From: Vibrio cholerae ATCC 14035 | GTDB lineage: Bacteria; Pseudomonadota; Gammaproteobacteria; Enterobacterales; Vibrionaceae | Direction of reading: 5' to 3' | NCBI RefSeq assembly: GCF_000621645.1 | Contig: NZ_JHXR01000015.1 | Location: 30,001-62,000 of the forward strand | DNA: 32,000 nucleotides | Shown here: positions 17,041 through 26,382 of the stretch, piece after piece | Layout: each line of letters opens with the position of its first letter | How positions within the stretch are numbered: the stretch's first letter is position 1 | The notes under the pieces: generated by a model | Databases searched by the model: none | What the model was told of the DNA's origin: nothing | Seen by the model: the letters and a program-made list of their open reading frames with translations, nothing else | Program-made: the position numbers and the translations under genes

Positions 17041-17874
17041 GTGGCTAAACCTTCCATCATCAAAACCAGCGAAAATCCTCTGCAAACCATTGAGGTTGAA
17101 GTGTATGACGAATACGGCGAAAAACTGGTGAAATCGATCGCCTGTGAACGCCCTCTCACTGTTCTGCTCAACTGGAAAGAGATAGTGACCTTGATGACGC
17201 TCGGTTCGCGGCCAGAAGCTTTAGTGCTGGGTTATCTGAAGAACCAAAGTTTTATTTCCGATCCGGAAGCGCTCGATTCCATCATCATCGATTGGGAAAC
17301 TCATTCGGCCGCGGTGGTTACGCGTGAAAACATTGACCATTTAGAGCCTGCGCTGAAGAAAAAAACCGTCACCTCCGGCTGTGGCCAAGGCACCATGTAT
17401 GGCAACGTGATGAAGCAGCTTGAACATTATCAAGTGCCGCAACAGCCAATTAAACAGTCACAAATCTACGCTGCTCTGGAAGCATTGACTCACTACAACG
17501 ATACCTACAAAAAAGCCGGCGCGGTGCATGGCTGCGCAATTTGCCAAGAGGATCGGGTGCTCTCTTTTGTGGAAGATGTCGGTCGCCACAATGCAGTGGA
17601 TACTTTGGCCGGTGAAATGTGGCTCAATGGCATGCGTGGGGATGACAAAATTTTTTACACCACAGGTCGTTTAACCTCCGAGATGGTGATTAAAGTGGCG
17701 CAAATGGGGATTCCTGTGCTGCTATCGCGCTCGGGTGTGACTCAAATGGGGCTTGAGCTTGCGCAACGTTTTGGCATTACCACGATTGCTCGCGCTTCCG
17801 GTCGTCGCTTTCATGTGTACAGTGGCGCAGACAAAATGGTGTTTGATGTGAAAGGCCACAGTGAAGAGGCATAG
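17041..17874 (+). CDS. fdhD: Formate dehydrogenase accessory sulfurtransferase FdhD
   Basis: FdhD family motifs are present (SGCGQGTMYG cysteine loop, VEDVGRHNAVDTL, RLTSEMVIKVAQMGIPVLLSRS). The start is moved to GTG 17041 behind AGGAA, giving 277 aa, the usual FdhD size. Confidence 0.88.
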   Translation: MAKPSIIKTSENPLQTIEVEVYDEYGEKLVKSIACERPLTVLLNWKEIVTLMTLGSRPEALVLGYLKNQSFISDPEALDSIIIDWETHSAAVVTRENIDHLEPALKKKTVTSGCGQGTMYGNVMKQLEHYQVPQQPIKQSQIYAALEALTHYNDTYKKAGAVHGCAICQEDRVLSFVEDVGRHNAVDTLAGEMWLNGMRGDDKIFYTTGRLTSEMVIKVAQMGIPVLLSRSGVTQMGLELAQRFGITTIARASGRRFHVYSGADKMVFDVKGHSEEA

Positions 17875-17920
17875 CAACGTCTTTGCACCATAGAGGTTTT
17901 TAACGTGTTTCGGATAGCAA

Positions 17921-17943
17921 AAGAGCCTCACATAGAGGCTCTT
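17921..17943. terminator. Bidirectional terminator hairpin between convergent fdhD and ybiT
   Basis: Stem aagagcctc(17921-17929)/gaggctctt(17935-17943), loop acata. Confidence 0.6.
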
Positions 17944-17980
17944 AGTATTATTTAGCATGCAAAATATTGGCTTAGGAAAC

Positions 17981-19573
17981 TTAGCCTTCAACGCCACGTG
18001 ATTTCAGGAACTCAGCGTAAGTGCCTTTGAAGTCAGTGATTTTGCCATCACGAATTTCGATGATGCGAGTCGCCAAAGAGTCTACGAATACGCGGTCATG
18101 CGATACGAAGAACAGCGTGCCTTTATATTGCTCTAAGGCGTTGTTCAAAGACTCGATCGATTCCATATCCATGTGGTTGGTTGGCTCATCGAGCAGCAGC
18201 ATGTTTGGCTTGTGCATCATGAGTTTGCCAAGCAACATACGACCTTGCTCACCACCCGACAGTACCTTCACGGATTTCTTGATGTCATCTTGGCCAAACA
18301 GCATACGGCCCAAGAAGCTGCGAACCACTTGCTCATCATCGCCTTCTTGACGCCACTGACCCATCCACTCCATCAGGTTCAGATCTTCTGCGAACTCGTG
18401 AGCGTGGTCTTGCGCATAGTAACCAATATTCGAGTTTTCAGACCACTTGTACATACCGCTACGTGGCTCAAGTACGCCAGCTAGGGTATTCAGCAATGTG
18501 GTTTTACCCACACCGTTCTCACCGATGATGGCAACACGCTCACCCACTTCAAAAATCGCGTTGAAGTTGCTGAACAGGTCATGATCAAAACCTTGGCTGA
18601 GGTTTTCAACAATAAGGGCGTTACGGAATAGCTCTTTCGATTGCTCGAAACGAATGAATGGGTTCTGACGGCTTGATGCCTTCACTTCATCCAGTTTGAT
18701 CTTATCAATCTGTCTTGCACGAGAAGTCGCTTGTTTTGCTTTCGATGCGTTCGCCGAGAAGCGCGCTACGAAGGTTTGCAGTTCAGTAATTTGCGCTTTC
18801 TTCTTCGCGTTATCAGATAACAGACGCTCACGCGCTTGAGTGGCCGCAGTCATGTATTCGTCGTAGTTGCCTGGGTAAATACGCAGCTCACCGTAATCCA
18901 AGTCAGCCATGTGGGTACAGACTGAGTTTAAGAAGTGGCGGTCATGCGAGATGATGATCATGGTGCAGTTACGCGCATTCAGCGTATCTTCCAACCAGCG
19001 AATGGTGTCGATGTCCAAGTTGTTGGTCGGTTCGTCAAGCAGCATGATATCTGGATCTGCAAACAGGATTTGCGCCAGCAGCACACGCAGTTTCCAACCC
19101 GGAGCCACACTGCTCATCAGGCCGTAATGTTGCTCAAGAGGAATACCCACCGCGAGAAGTAGTTCACCCGCTTTGGATTCTGCCATGTAGCCATCCATCT
19201 CGGCGAATTCCACTTCGAGATCGGCAACACGCATACCATCTTCTTCGGTCATTTCGGGCAGCGCATAAATACGGTCACGCTCTTGTTTTACCTTCCACAA
19301 CTCTTTGTGACCCATGATAACGGTGTCGATTACCGTGAACTCTTCGTACGCAAACTGATCCTGATTCAGCTTGGCAACGCGCTCGTTTGGATCGTAGCTC
19401 ACATTACCGCCACTTGGTTCGAGCTCACCACTGAGGATTTTCATGAAGGTGGATTTACCACAGCCATTTGCCCCGATTAGACCGTAGCGATTACCTTCGC
19501 CAAACTTAACTGAAATGTTTTCAAACAGTGGCTTAGCGCCAAATTGTTGAGTGATATTCGCTGTAGAAATCAA
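17981..19573 (-). CDS. ybiT: ABC-F family ATPase (two ABC domains, no membrane domain), YbiT homologue
   Basis: 530 aa and near-collinear with my recollection of E. coli YbiT ([37 protein letters not shown]..., two Walker A/B sets). TTG start at 19573. Confidence 0.9.
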   Translation of the reverse strand: MISTANITQQFGAKPLFENISVKFGEGNRYGLIGANGCGKSTFMKILSGELEPSGGNVSYDPNERVAKLNQDQFAYEEFTVIDTVIMGHKELWKVKQERDRIYALPEMTEEDGMRVADLEVEFAEMDGYMAESKAGELLLAVGIPLEQHYGLMSSVAPGWKLRVLLAQILFADPDIMLLDEPTNNLDIDTIRWLEDTLNARNCTMIIISHDRHFLNSVCTHMADLDYGELRIYPGNYDEYMTAATQARERLLSDNAKKKAQITELQTFVARFSANASKAKQATSRARQIDKIKLDEVKASSRQNPFIRFEQSKELFRNALIVENLSQGFDHDLFSNFNAIFEVGERVAIIGENGVGKTTLLNTLAGVLEPRSGMYKWSENSNIGYYAQDHAHEFAEDLNLMEWMGQWRQEGDDEQVVRSFLGRMLFGQDDIKKSVKVLSGGEQGRMLLGKLMMHKPNMLLLDEPTNHMDMESIESLNNALEQYKGTLFFVSHDRVFVDSLATRIIEIRDGKITDFKGTYAEFLKSRGVEG

Positions 19574-19784
19574 AGCCTGTACCTTAGTGCGTTAACATTC
19601 CCGCCCACTTAAAACGGCGCACTTCGAGTGGCTAAATTAAGCTGACAGGGATCACAAATAGAAAAATCTGCGCAACGTTACTTGTTCAGCGCCCAGACTA
19701 CAAGCCCTGATTTACATAACGCGCATGAAAGTCAGTCATCTCAAGTGAAATGACCAACAAAATAACGAGCTTTTCGTAGGGGGA

Positions 19785-21818
19785 TTATTGAAGCAGCAAG
19801 GTCTCGCGAAGTTTCGCTTCATTTTTGGAAGGCAGGAAGATACTGAAAGTGCTACCCACGCCCAATTCAGACTGCACTTTAATTTCTCCGCCAGACTGGC
19901 TAAGCAAACTTTGTGAAACCGAAAGCCCAAGCCCTGTCCCCTCACGTTTGGTGGTATAAAACGGATCGAAAATACGTTTGAGGTTTTCTGGCTTAATGCC
20001 ACAACCTTGATCTTCAATGTGGATCACCGCTCCGCGGTTTTGCCCCTCTTCAACCCAATCTTCGCTACGTATCGTGATGCGGCCTTTGCCGTTCATGGCA
20101 TGAATCGCGTTCATCTGTAGGTTAACCAGAATTTGCAGCAGTTGATGGCGATTCACCTCCACCGAATTGTGCGCTTTCAGTTCCAGCACAAATTCAATAT
20201 CGCGCTTTTTCGAACCAGTTTTGACTAAGGTAATACTCTCATCAATGATCGGATTGACGTGTTGCCACGTGATTTCGTCCTGCACTCCGCCTTGGCGACT
20301 GTATTGCAACAAGCTGCGCGTGATGTTTCGGATCCGCTCGATTTGCAGCAAGATGGCATCAATTTCTTCTTCGACTCTGCTCGCATCAGCACCAAGCTCA
20401 AAACGAATTAACTCGGTATTACCGAGAATCACGGCGGTAGGGTTATTGATTTCATGGGCAATCCCCGCGGTTAGCTCACCAAGTGCCGCCAGTTTTTCAT
20501 GCACCACTAACTTATTGCGCGTTTGGTTAAGCAAGGCAATGTGGTGCTCAAGCTGCGCGGTTTTCTCTTGCAAACTGGCGGTGCGCGATTGCACTTTTGC
20601 TTCTAACTCATGCGCGGCTTGCACGATTTCTTCATTCCGTTGCTGCAACTGATCCAGCATGTTGTCGAATTGCTTCGCAAGCTGAGCGAGTTCATGTTTG
20701 TCATCAAGCCCAATTTGACCAATACGCTGGTTTTTACCAAGTTGCACCATTTTCACTACACGGTGAATGCGCTCGATAGGACGAAACAGATCGCGCGAGC
20801 CACGGTACACAAACAGGCCTGAAATCACCAGCAGGAAAAGCGTGATGATCCCGACTTCTAAAATATTGGTCACGTAAGCTTTTAAAAACGGCCACATTAA
20901 GTAGCCGGTGTACAGCATGCCAATTTCGTTGTGGTATTGATCGCGAATCGGCTCATACGCGGTGATGTACCAAGCATCATACACATACGCCAGATTAACC
21001 CACTGCTGACCACCTTTGAGCACTTGATTAAACACTTCGGATGACACCCGTGTGCCTATCGCGCGACCTGCATGGATATTACTGTCTAAAGGCACGTTGG
21101 TGCTGACGCGTAAGTCATCCAAAAACAGGGTTAAAGTGCCCGTTGGGCGAAGCTGATCTTGATGACTTGGGTAGATGAGATCTCGAATTTGATCGACTAA
21201 GGTTGTGCTGTTATTGAGCAGTAAACCACCATCCAAAAAACCTATGATCTCACCGAAGTCATTGCGCACTGGAATCACGGTACGACTGACTAATCCCCGA
21301 GTTTCGATCTGTTGAGAATTAAGAATCGGGATTTGCGCTTGCTTAGCTAAATCCGGATCGAGCTTTTCTAGCTCATCGGCACTAAGTACATCAAAGAAGG
21401 ATTCACGCTTGGTGAGATCGAGATAGCGAAACTTCTGCTCTAAGCTATCCACACGCTCAAAACTTAAGAAATCTAAGCCATAGCGATTTTTTTGATTTTG
21501 CACCCAACGTGGCAAAGTACTGAGGGTTTCCGGCTCTTGCAGACGCTTGCGAAAATCGTACGATTCTGCAAACGCGCGAACGTGATTGGCTTGTTTCTGT
21601 TGCAGTAGAGTTACACTGTTTTGCGCCACGCCTAACCGCTCAGACACATCAATTAAAGCACTGTTCCAGGTGTAATGCAGTGACCAGTAAATGGTGATCG
21701 CAATCAGCGCCAGCAGTGTGAGAAAAATTGGCGCTGAGGTCAGAATCCACAGCCGATAGCGCACGGTGGTTTGAAAACGGTGTCGCCATTTTTGCCACCA
21801 AGCCCATTTAGCTTTCAT
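19785..21818 (-). CDS. Sensor histidine kinase with a large periplasmic Cache-like domain, HAMP, coiled coil, HisKA and HATPase_c
   Basis: TM1 (ILTSAPIFLTLLALIAITIYW), an extracytoplasmic domain of about 270 aa ending in IGMLYTGYL, TM2, H-box LAALGELTAGIAHEINNP, then N/G boxes (QILVNLQMNAIHA, DQGCGI, GTGLGLS). It overlaps the upstream response-regulator gene by 11 nt. Confidence 0.88.
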   Translation of the reverse strand: MKAKWAWWQKWRHRFQTTVRYRLWILTSAPIFLTLLALIAITIYWSLHYTWNSALIDVSERLGVAQNSVTLLQQKQANHVRAFAESYDFRKRLQEPETLSTLPRWVQNQKNRYGLDFLSFERVDSLEQKFRYLDLTKRESFFDVLSADELEKLDPDLAKQAQIPILNSQQIETRGLVSRTVIPVRNDFGEIIGFLDGGLLLNNSTTLVDQIRDLIYPSHQDQLRPTGTLTLFLDDLRVSTNVPLDSNIHAGRAIGTRVSSEVFNQVLKGGQQWVNLAYVYDAWYITAYEPIRDQYHNEIGMLYTGYLMWPFLKAYVTNILEVGIITLFLLVISGLFVYRGSRDLFRPIERIHRVVKMVQLGKNQRIGQIGLDDKHELAQLAKQFDNMLDQLQQRNEEIVQAAHELEAKVQSRTASLQEKTAQLEHHIALLNQTRNKLVVHEKLAALGELTAGIAHEINNPTAVILGNTELIRFELGADASRVEEEIDAILLQIERIRNITRSLLQYSRQGGVQDEITWQHVNPIIDESITLVKTGSKKRDIEFVLELKAHNSVEVNRHQLLQILVNLQMNAIHAMNGKGRITIRSEDWVEEGQNRGAVIHIEDQGCGIKPENLKRIFDPFYTTKREGTGLGLSVSQSLLSQSGGEIKVQSELGVGSTFSIFLPSKNEAKLRETLLLQ

Positions 21819-23262
21819 GGCTGAGATCCTCGCTTTCCCACTCTTTGTATTTACGCTCCAACGTTTTACGTGCCACGCCTAAATCGCGGGCGGCGGCCGA
21901 TTTATTGCCCTCATGCAGCGCCACAATTTGCTGAATATGTGCTTTTTCCACCGCACTCAGAGGCCAATCGTTGGGATATCCCAAGCTGGGCTGCGTGACA
22001 TTGTCACCAAGTGAAATTTCAGAATTATTACTCTGTGACATTGTCACCTCGGGTTCTGCATAAATAGGCAGACCATTGAGCTCTCGCCAATAATGCGCAG
22101 GCGGTTTGCCCAATAACAAGCAGCGCTCAATTAAGTTTTTCAACTCGCGAATATTGCCCGGCCAATCATAGTCTTGCATCGAAGAGATATCTTCATACGC
22201 CCATTTAGGCATTGGCATCCCCAGTTCCGCACAGAGCATTTTGGTGAAAAACGGCAACAGTTCATGCAGATCTTGCTTGCGCTCACGCAGTGGGCTCACT
22301 TCGATTTTCAACACATTAAGCCGGTAGTAAAGATCGCCGCGGAAACGGCCATTTTCGACTTCTTGTTGCAGATTACGGTTGGTGGCGGCCACCACTCGCA
22401 CGTCCACATTCACCTCTTTTTCCGAACCCACTGGGCGCACCGCGCGTTGTTCTAAAACCCGTAATAGCGAGGCTTGCATGGTCAGTGGCATTTCGCCGAT
22501 TTCATCCAAAAACAGAGTGCCGCCGTTAGCCACGCGAAACAGCCCTTCACGACTCTTCTTCGCGCCGGTAAATGCCCCAGAGGTGTGCCCAAACAGTTCA
22601 CTTTCCAGCAGTTCTGGCGCAATCGCGCCGCAGTTGATTGGCACAAAAGGACCTTGGCGACCACTCGCTTCATGGATGCCGCGTGCGACCAACTCTTTGC
22701 CCGTCCCCGATTCCCCTTCAATCAGCACCGAAGCGCGCGACGGAGCAAATTGAACAATGCGCTGCTTGAGTAATTCGGTTTGCACTGAACTGCCGATGAT
22801 TTGTGTTGTGCAGTGGCGTTGAAAATCACGCTGCAAGGCGTACTGCAAACGCTCATTGAGGCGCTTATTCATACAGCGTTGCACCGCTTGCAGCATTTGT
22901 TCGAGGTTAAATGGCTTGAGGATAAAATCGCTTGCCCCCAGTTTGAGAGCGCTGATGGCGGTCTCAAGATCCGCGAATCCGGTCATAAAAATCACATCCG
23001 CGCGGTGATCCGGATCGGTAAACGCTTCTTCCCATTCAATCCCTGAGCGTCCCGGTAGGTTGATGTCTAAAATCAGCAAGTCGTAGTGATGCTCACCACG
23101 CAGCACCTCGGCCTCTTCAATGCTGCTGGCTAAATCGACGCGCGAAAACCATTTACTCAGCGCTTTTTTCAGTACCAGTTGCATACCGACTTCGTCATCA
23201 ACAAGTAAAACAGAGAAGGCTTGATATAAATGGGTTTGATTGAGATCCAAAACTGGTGACAT
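21808..23262 (-). CDS. Sigma-54-dependent response regulator (REC + AAA+ enhancer-binding domain + Fis-type HTH), NtrC family
   Basis: REC domain with LLILDINLPG, Walker A GESGTGKE, the GAFTGA sigma-54 contact loop (GHTSGAFTGA), and a C-terminal HTH (NKSAAARDLGVARKTLERK). Confidence 0.92.
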   Translation of the reverse strand: MSPVLDLNQTHLYQAFSVLLVDDEVGMQLVLKKALSKWFSRVDLASSIEEAEVLRGEHHYDLLILDINLPGRSGIEWEEAFTDPDHRADVIFMTGFADLETAISALKLGASDFILKPFNLEQMLQAVQRCMNKRLNERLQYALQRDFQRHCTTQIIGSSVQTELLKQRIVQFAPSRASVLIEGESGTGKELVARGIHEASGRQGPFVPINCGAIAPELLESELFGHTSGAFTGAKKSREGLFRVANGGTLFLDEIGEMPLTMQASLLRVLEQRAVRPVGSEKEVNVDVRVVAATNRNLQQEVENGRFRGDLYYRLNVLKIEVSPLRERKQDLHELLPFFTKMLCAELGMPMPKWAYEDISSMQDYDWPGNIRELKNLIERCLLLGKPPAHYWRELNGLPIYAEPEVTMSQSNNSEISLGDNVTQPSLGYPNDWPLSAVEKAHIQQIVALHEGNKSAAARDLGVARKTLERKYKEWESEDLSHES

Positions 23263-23328
23263 AGAGGGATTCCATAACTTATTGAGACAGAACGACTCAA
23301 TTAACCTTACATTGGCTAGGCGTAATTT

Positions 23329-23343
23329 GCGACATTTTGTCCC
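23329..23343. promoter_or_regulatory. Palindrome GCGACA-TTT-TGTCCC, candidate enhancer-binding site upstream of the tup promoter
   Basis: It matches 12 of 15 positions of the core of the 15688-15712 palindrome (GAGACA-TTA-TGTCTC). It is centred about 100-115 bp upstream of the sigma-54 motif at 23438-23453. A further GAGACA half-site lies at 23284-23289. Confidence 0.35.
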
Positions 23344-23437
23344 ACACGGTTTAAAGTGTCACTATCTTTAGGCCAGATTTGCCACAAATCACCGACTTTT
23401 TGCAGGGAAAATAGCCCTCAATGAGTAAGAATGACGT

Positions 23438-23453
23438 TGGCATCCCATTTGCT
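23438..23453 (+). promoter_or_regulatory. Sigma-54 (-24/-12) promoter-like motif upstream of tupA
   Basis: TGGCAT-CCCAT-TTGCT, one mismatch to TGGCAC-N5-TTGCW with correct spacing. It sits 100 nt upstream of the ATG at 23554 and is divergent from the sigma-54 activator gene. Confidence 0.6.
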
Positions 23454-23553
23454 ATACCTCTGTTTCGTATAAACTCATCAGCAATTGATTTCATTCAGTG
23501 TTATCAGTGTATTAGCTGATCTAGATCGCTGACTTTACCTCCAACGTACCGTC

Positions 23554-24381
23554 ATGGAATTCACAATGAAAAAAACAACCTTTACCCTCGCAGCCGCTTC
23601 GTTAATTTTGGTCAGTTACTCGGCTTCTAGTGCCGATGACGCTCGTATTCGTCTTGCGACCACCACCAGTACTTACGATTCTGGCTTGCTTGATTACCTC
23701 CTGCCAAAATTTGAGCAAGATACGGGTTATAAAGTGGATGTGATCGCCACTGGCACAGGTAAAGCGCTGAAAATGGGCGAAAATGGCGATGTGGATTTGG
23801 TGATGACCCATGCACCGAAAGCCGAAGCCAGCTTTGTTGAGGCAGGTTTCGGTGTTCTACCACGTAAACTGATGTACAACGACTTTGTGGTGGTTGGCCC
23901 AGAAAGTGATCCGGCTAAAATCGCCGATGAAAAGAACATCGCGAAAGTATTTGAAAATATTGCTAAAAGCGGCGCTGTATTTATCTCACGTGGTGATGAT
24001 TCCGGCACACACAAGAAAGAGCTCGGCATTTGGGCACAAAACAAGATTGAACCGAATTTCGGTGGCTACCGTTCTATTGGTCAAGGCATGGGTCCAACAC
24101 TGAATATGGCGTCAGAAATGCAGGCTTATACCCTGACCGACCGAGGGACTTGGCTGGCTTACAACAATAAGTTGGCTCTCAAGATTCTGTTTGAAGGTGA
24201 TGAGCAACTGTTTAACCCTTACCAAGTGATCATTGTCAACCCTGAGCGTTACCCAACCACCCAATATCATGCCGCTAAAGTGTTTAGTGATTGGCTGGTG
24301 AACCCTAAAGGCCAGCAGTTGATTAACGAGTTTAAAGTCAATGGCCAACAACTCTTTGTGGCCAATGCGGACAAGCAGTAA
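23554..24381 (+). CDS. tupA: Periplasmic tungstate-binding protein, TupA-like (ABC substrate-binding)
   Basis: Signal peptide (TLAAASLILVSYSASSA) and a mature N-terminus RLATTTSTYDSGLLDYL carrying the TTTS motif characteristic of TupA-type oxyanion binders. ATG 23566 (MKKTT) is an alternative start. Confidence 0.8.
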   Translation: MEFTMKKTTFTLAAASLILVSYSASSADDARIRLATTTSTYDSGLLDYLLPKFEQDTGYKVDVIATGTGKALKMGENGDVDLVMTHAPKAEASFVEAGFGVLPRKLMYNDFVVVGPESDPAKIADEKNIAKVFENIAKSGAVFISRGDDSGTHKKELGIWAQNKIEPNFGGYRSIGQGMGPTLNMASEMQAYTLTDRGTWLAYNNKLALKILFEGDEQLFNPYQVIIVNPERYPTTQYHAAKVFSDWLVNPKGQQLINEFKVNGQQLFVANADKQ

Positions 24382-24387
24382 TCCTCG

Positions 24388-25086
24388 ATGAGTCTTTGGC
24401 AAACAACCCTAGATGCCTTGCATCTGTTGGTGAGTCTAGATCCTAAGCTATGGGAGATCGTTGCGGTCTCCTTTAGTGTTTCGCTAACGGCCATTGCTCT
24501 GGTGCTCATCCCCTCTGTGGTGCTCTCTTTTGTGCTGGCGTACACCAATTTTCGCGGTAAATGGACTCTGCTTTCGCTGATCAATACCCTGCAAGCGGTT
24601 CCAACTGTCGTGATAGGTCTGCTGCTGTATATGTTGCTCTCACGCGCAGGCCCGCTGGGTGATTGGCAGATGCTGTTTACCCAGCAAGCGATGATTTTAG
24701 GTCAAGCACTGATCTGTTTTCCGATTCTGGTTGCCATGATGCATGGTGCGTTGCAATCGACTGATCGCCGCTCGCTAGAAACTTCAATGACGCTGGGAGC
24801 TTCCGTACCTAGGCTCTTTGCAACCTTAGTCTGGGAAGCGCGCTTTCCTTTAATGGCCGCAACCATTGCGGGTTTTTCCCGTATCGTGACCGAAGTTGGC
24901 TGCTCAATGATGGTCGGTGGCAATATCATGGGCTTGACCCGCAATATCCCAACGGCCATTTCATTGGAAAGCAATAAAGGCGCTTTTGCGCAGGGGGTGG
25001 CGCTGGGTATGGTGCTGCTTGCCTTAGCGCTAGGGCTCAACTTTCTGCTCTCTTCCCTACGGGGCAAAGGCTATTTAAGGACATAA
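24388..25086 (+). CDS. tupB: ABC transporter permease, TupB-like
   Basis: 232 aa with 5-6 hydrophobic helices and an EAA-like loop (SLETSMTLGASVPRLFATLVWEARFP). It starts 6 nt after the tupA stop. Confidence 0.8.
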   Translation: MSLWQTTLDALHLLVSLDPKLWEIVAVSFSVSLTAIALVLIPSVVLSFVLAYTNFRGKWTLLSLINTLQAVPTVVIGLLLYMLLSRAGPLGDWQMLFTQQAMILGQALICFPILVAMMHGALQSTDRRSLETSMTLGASVPRLFATLVWEARFPLMAATIAGFSRIVTEVGCSMMVGGNIMGLTRNIPTAISLESNKGAFAQGVALGMVLLALALGLNFLLSSLRGKGYLRT

Positions 25087-25094
25087 GGCCAATC

Positions 25095-25817
25095 ATGACG
25101 ATCAAACTTACCGCACAGCAGCTTTCCATGCGTTTTAAAGATCGCGTGTTATTTCATATTCCCGAGATCGCCATCGGCCCTAATGATGCCATTTACCTTA
25201 AGGGCGACAATGGTGTGGGTAAAACCACCTTATTGAAAATTCTCGCGGGCTTGTTAGAGCCGAGCAATGGTAGAGTGCTTGGCCGTAAACCTTGGTGGCA
25301 GCGCTTGTTTTTGACTTCCGCGACCTCAGAAGTTGTCTATCTTCATCAAAGCCCCTACCTGTTTGATGACACGGTTTATCAAAATGTGGTGTACGGCATT
25401 CGTTTCAGTGGCTTGTCTGCGCATGAAAAGCGCGCGCAAGTGATCACTGCCTTGCGTATGGTCGGGCTAGAAACGCTGGCCGATGAGCATATTTCTGTGC
25501 TTTCCGGCGGAGAAAAACAGCGCGTAGCGATGGCGCGAGCGTGGATCCTCAAGCCCTCTATTTTGTTGATGGATGAGCCGAGTGCGTCATTGGATCAAGA
25601 ATCTATCGAGAGATTGGTTATAATGGCGCGAGATTTATTAGAGCGCGGCTCCAGTCTTGTCATCACTAGCCACCAAACCAACGCCCTCACGGCGCTGTGT
25701 AAAAAGCAGTGGTGGATTAAAGAGCGTCAACTGATTGAGTCGCCTTTGCTGCAGATTGTGAAAGAAAACAATGATAACCACACAAACACTTCCCACGCTT
25801 CAACCTTCCGACACTAG
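25095..25817 (+). CDS. tupC: ABC transporter ATP-binding protein, TupC-like
   Basis: Walker [10 protein letters not shown], signature LSGGEKQR, Walker B ILLMDEP. The non-conserved-looking C-terminal tail overlaps mobA. Confidence 0.8.
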   Translation: MTIKLTAQQLSMRFKDRVLFHIPEIAIGPNDAIYLKGDNGVGKTTLLKILAGLLEPSNGRVLGRKPWWQRLFLTSATSEVVYLHQSPYLFDDTVYQNVVYGIRFSGLSAHEKRAQVITALRMVGLETLADEHISVLSGGEKQRVAMARAWILKPSILLMDEPSASLDQESIERLVIMARDLLERGSSLVITSHQTNALTALCKKQWWIKERQLIESPLLQIVKENNDNHTNTSHASTFRH

Positions 25818-26382
25818 CTGGGTGATTCTTGCTGGCGGACAAGCCAGCCGCATGGGAGGACAAGACAAAGGCCTGATCCAGTTGAATGGTCAGCCCCTGG
25901 TTCAACATGTGATCGATAAGTTGGCCCCACAAACGCCGACTTTGCTCATCAACGCCAATCGCAACCAAAGCCAATACCAACAATTTGCGCCGGTGATCAG
26001 TGATGAGTTTCCAGATTATCCGGGACCGTTAGGCGGCATTCATGCCGGTTTAAGCCATGCACCAACCGATTGGGTCGGCTTTGTCCCTTGTGATAGCCCG
26101 TTAATTTGCGATGATTTAGTCGCCCGTTTCTGTCAGGCTGTCAAACCCGAGAGCGATATTTTAGTGGCTCATGATGGTGAACATCAGCAACCTGTGTTTA
26201 CCCTATTTCATAAACGCGTGTTACCCAAACTCAGCGCCTTTTTAGCCCGTGGCGATCGCAAAATCATCTTGCTTTACGATGAATGCCATACTTCTTACGT
26301 CGATTTTAGCGATGCACCAAGCTGCTTTTTTAATTTGAATACGCCACAAGAGTTGGCGCAATTTGGAGCGTTACATCCATGA
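25771..26382 (+). CDS. mobA: Molybdenum cofactor guanylyltransferase MobA
   Basis: [27 protein letters not shown] and FVPCDSP motifs. ATG 25771 overlaps tupC by 47 nt; the in-frame GTG at 25822 is a possible alternative start. Confidence 0.88.
   Translation: MITTQTLPTLQPSDTSWVILAGGQASRMGGQDKGLIQLNGQPLVQHVIDKLAPQTPTLLINANRNQSQYQQFAPVISDEFPDYPGPLGGIHAGLSHAPTDWVGFVPCDSPLICDDLVARFCQAVKPESDILVAHDGEHQQPVFTLFHKRVLPKLSAFLARGDRKIILLYDECHTSYVDFSDAPSCFFNLNTPQELAQFGALHP

Noticed and set aside
23454-23553. Possible Moco/Wco riboswitch in the tupA leader
   Set aside because: The leader is only about 100 nt and lacks the conserved Moco-motif elements I remember. It has only a 6-bp ATCAGC...GCTGAT pairing and a TCAGTGT direct repeat. 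A covariance-model scan (Rfam Moco RNA motif) would be the decisive test.
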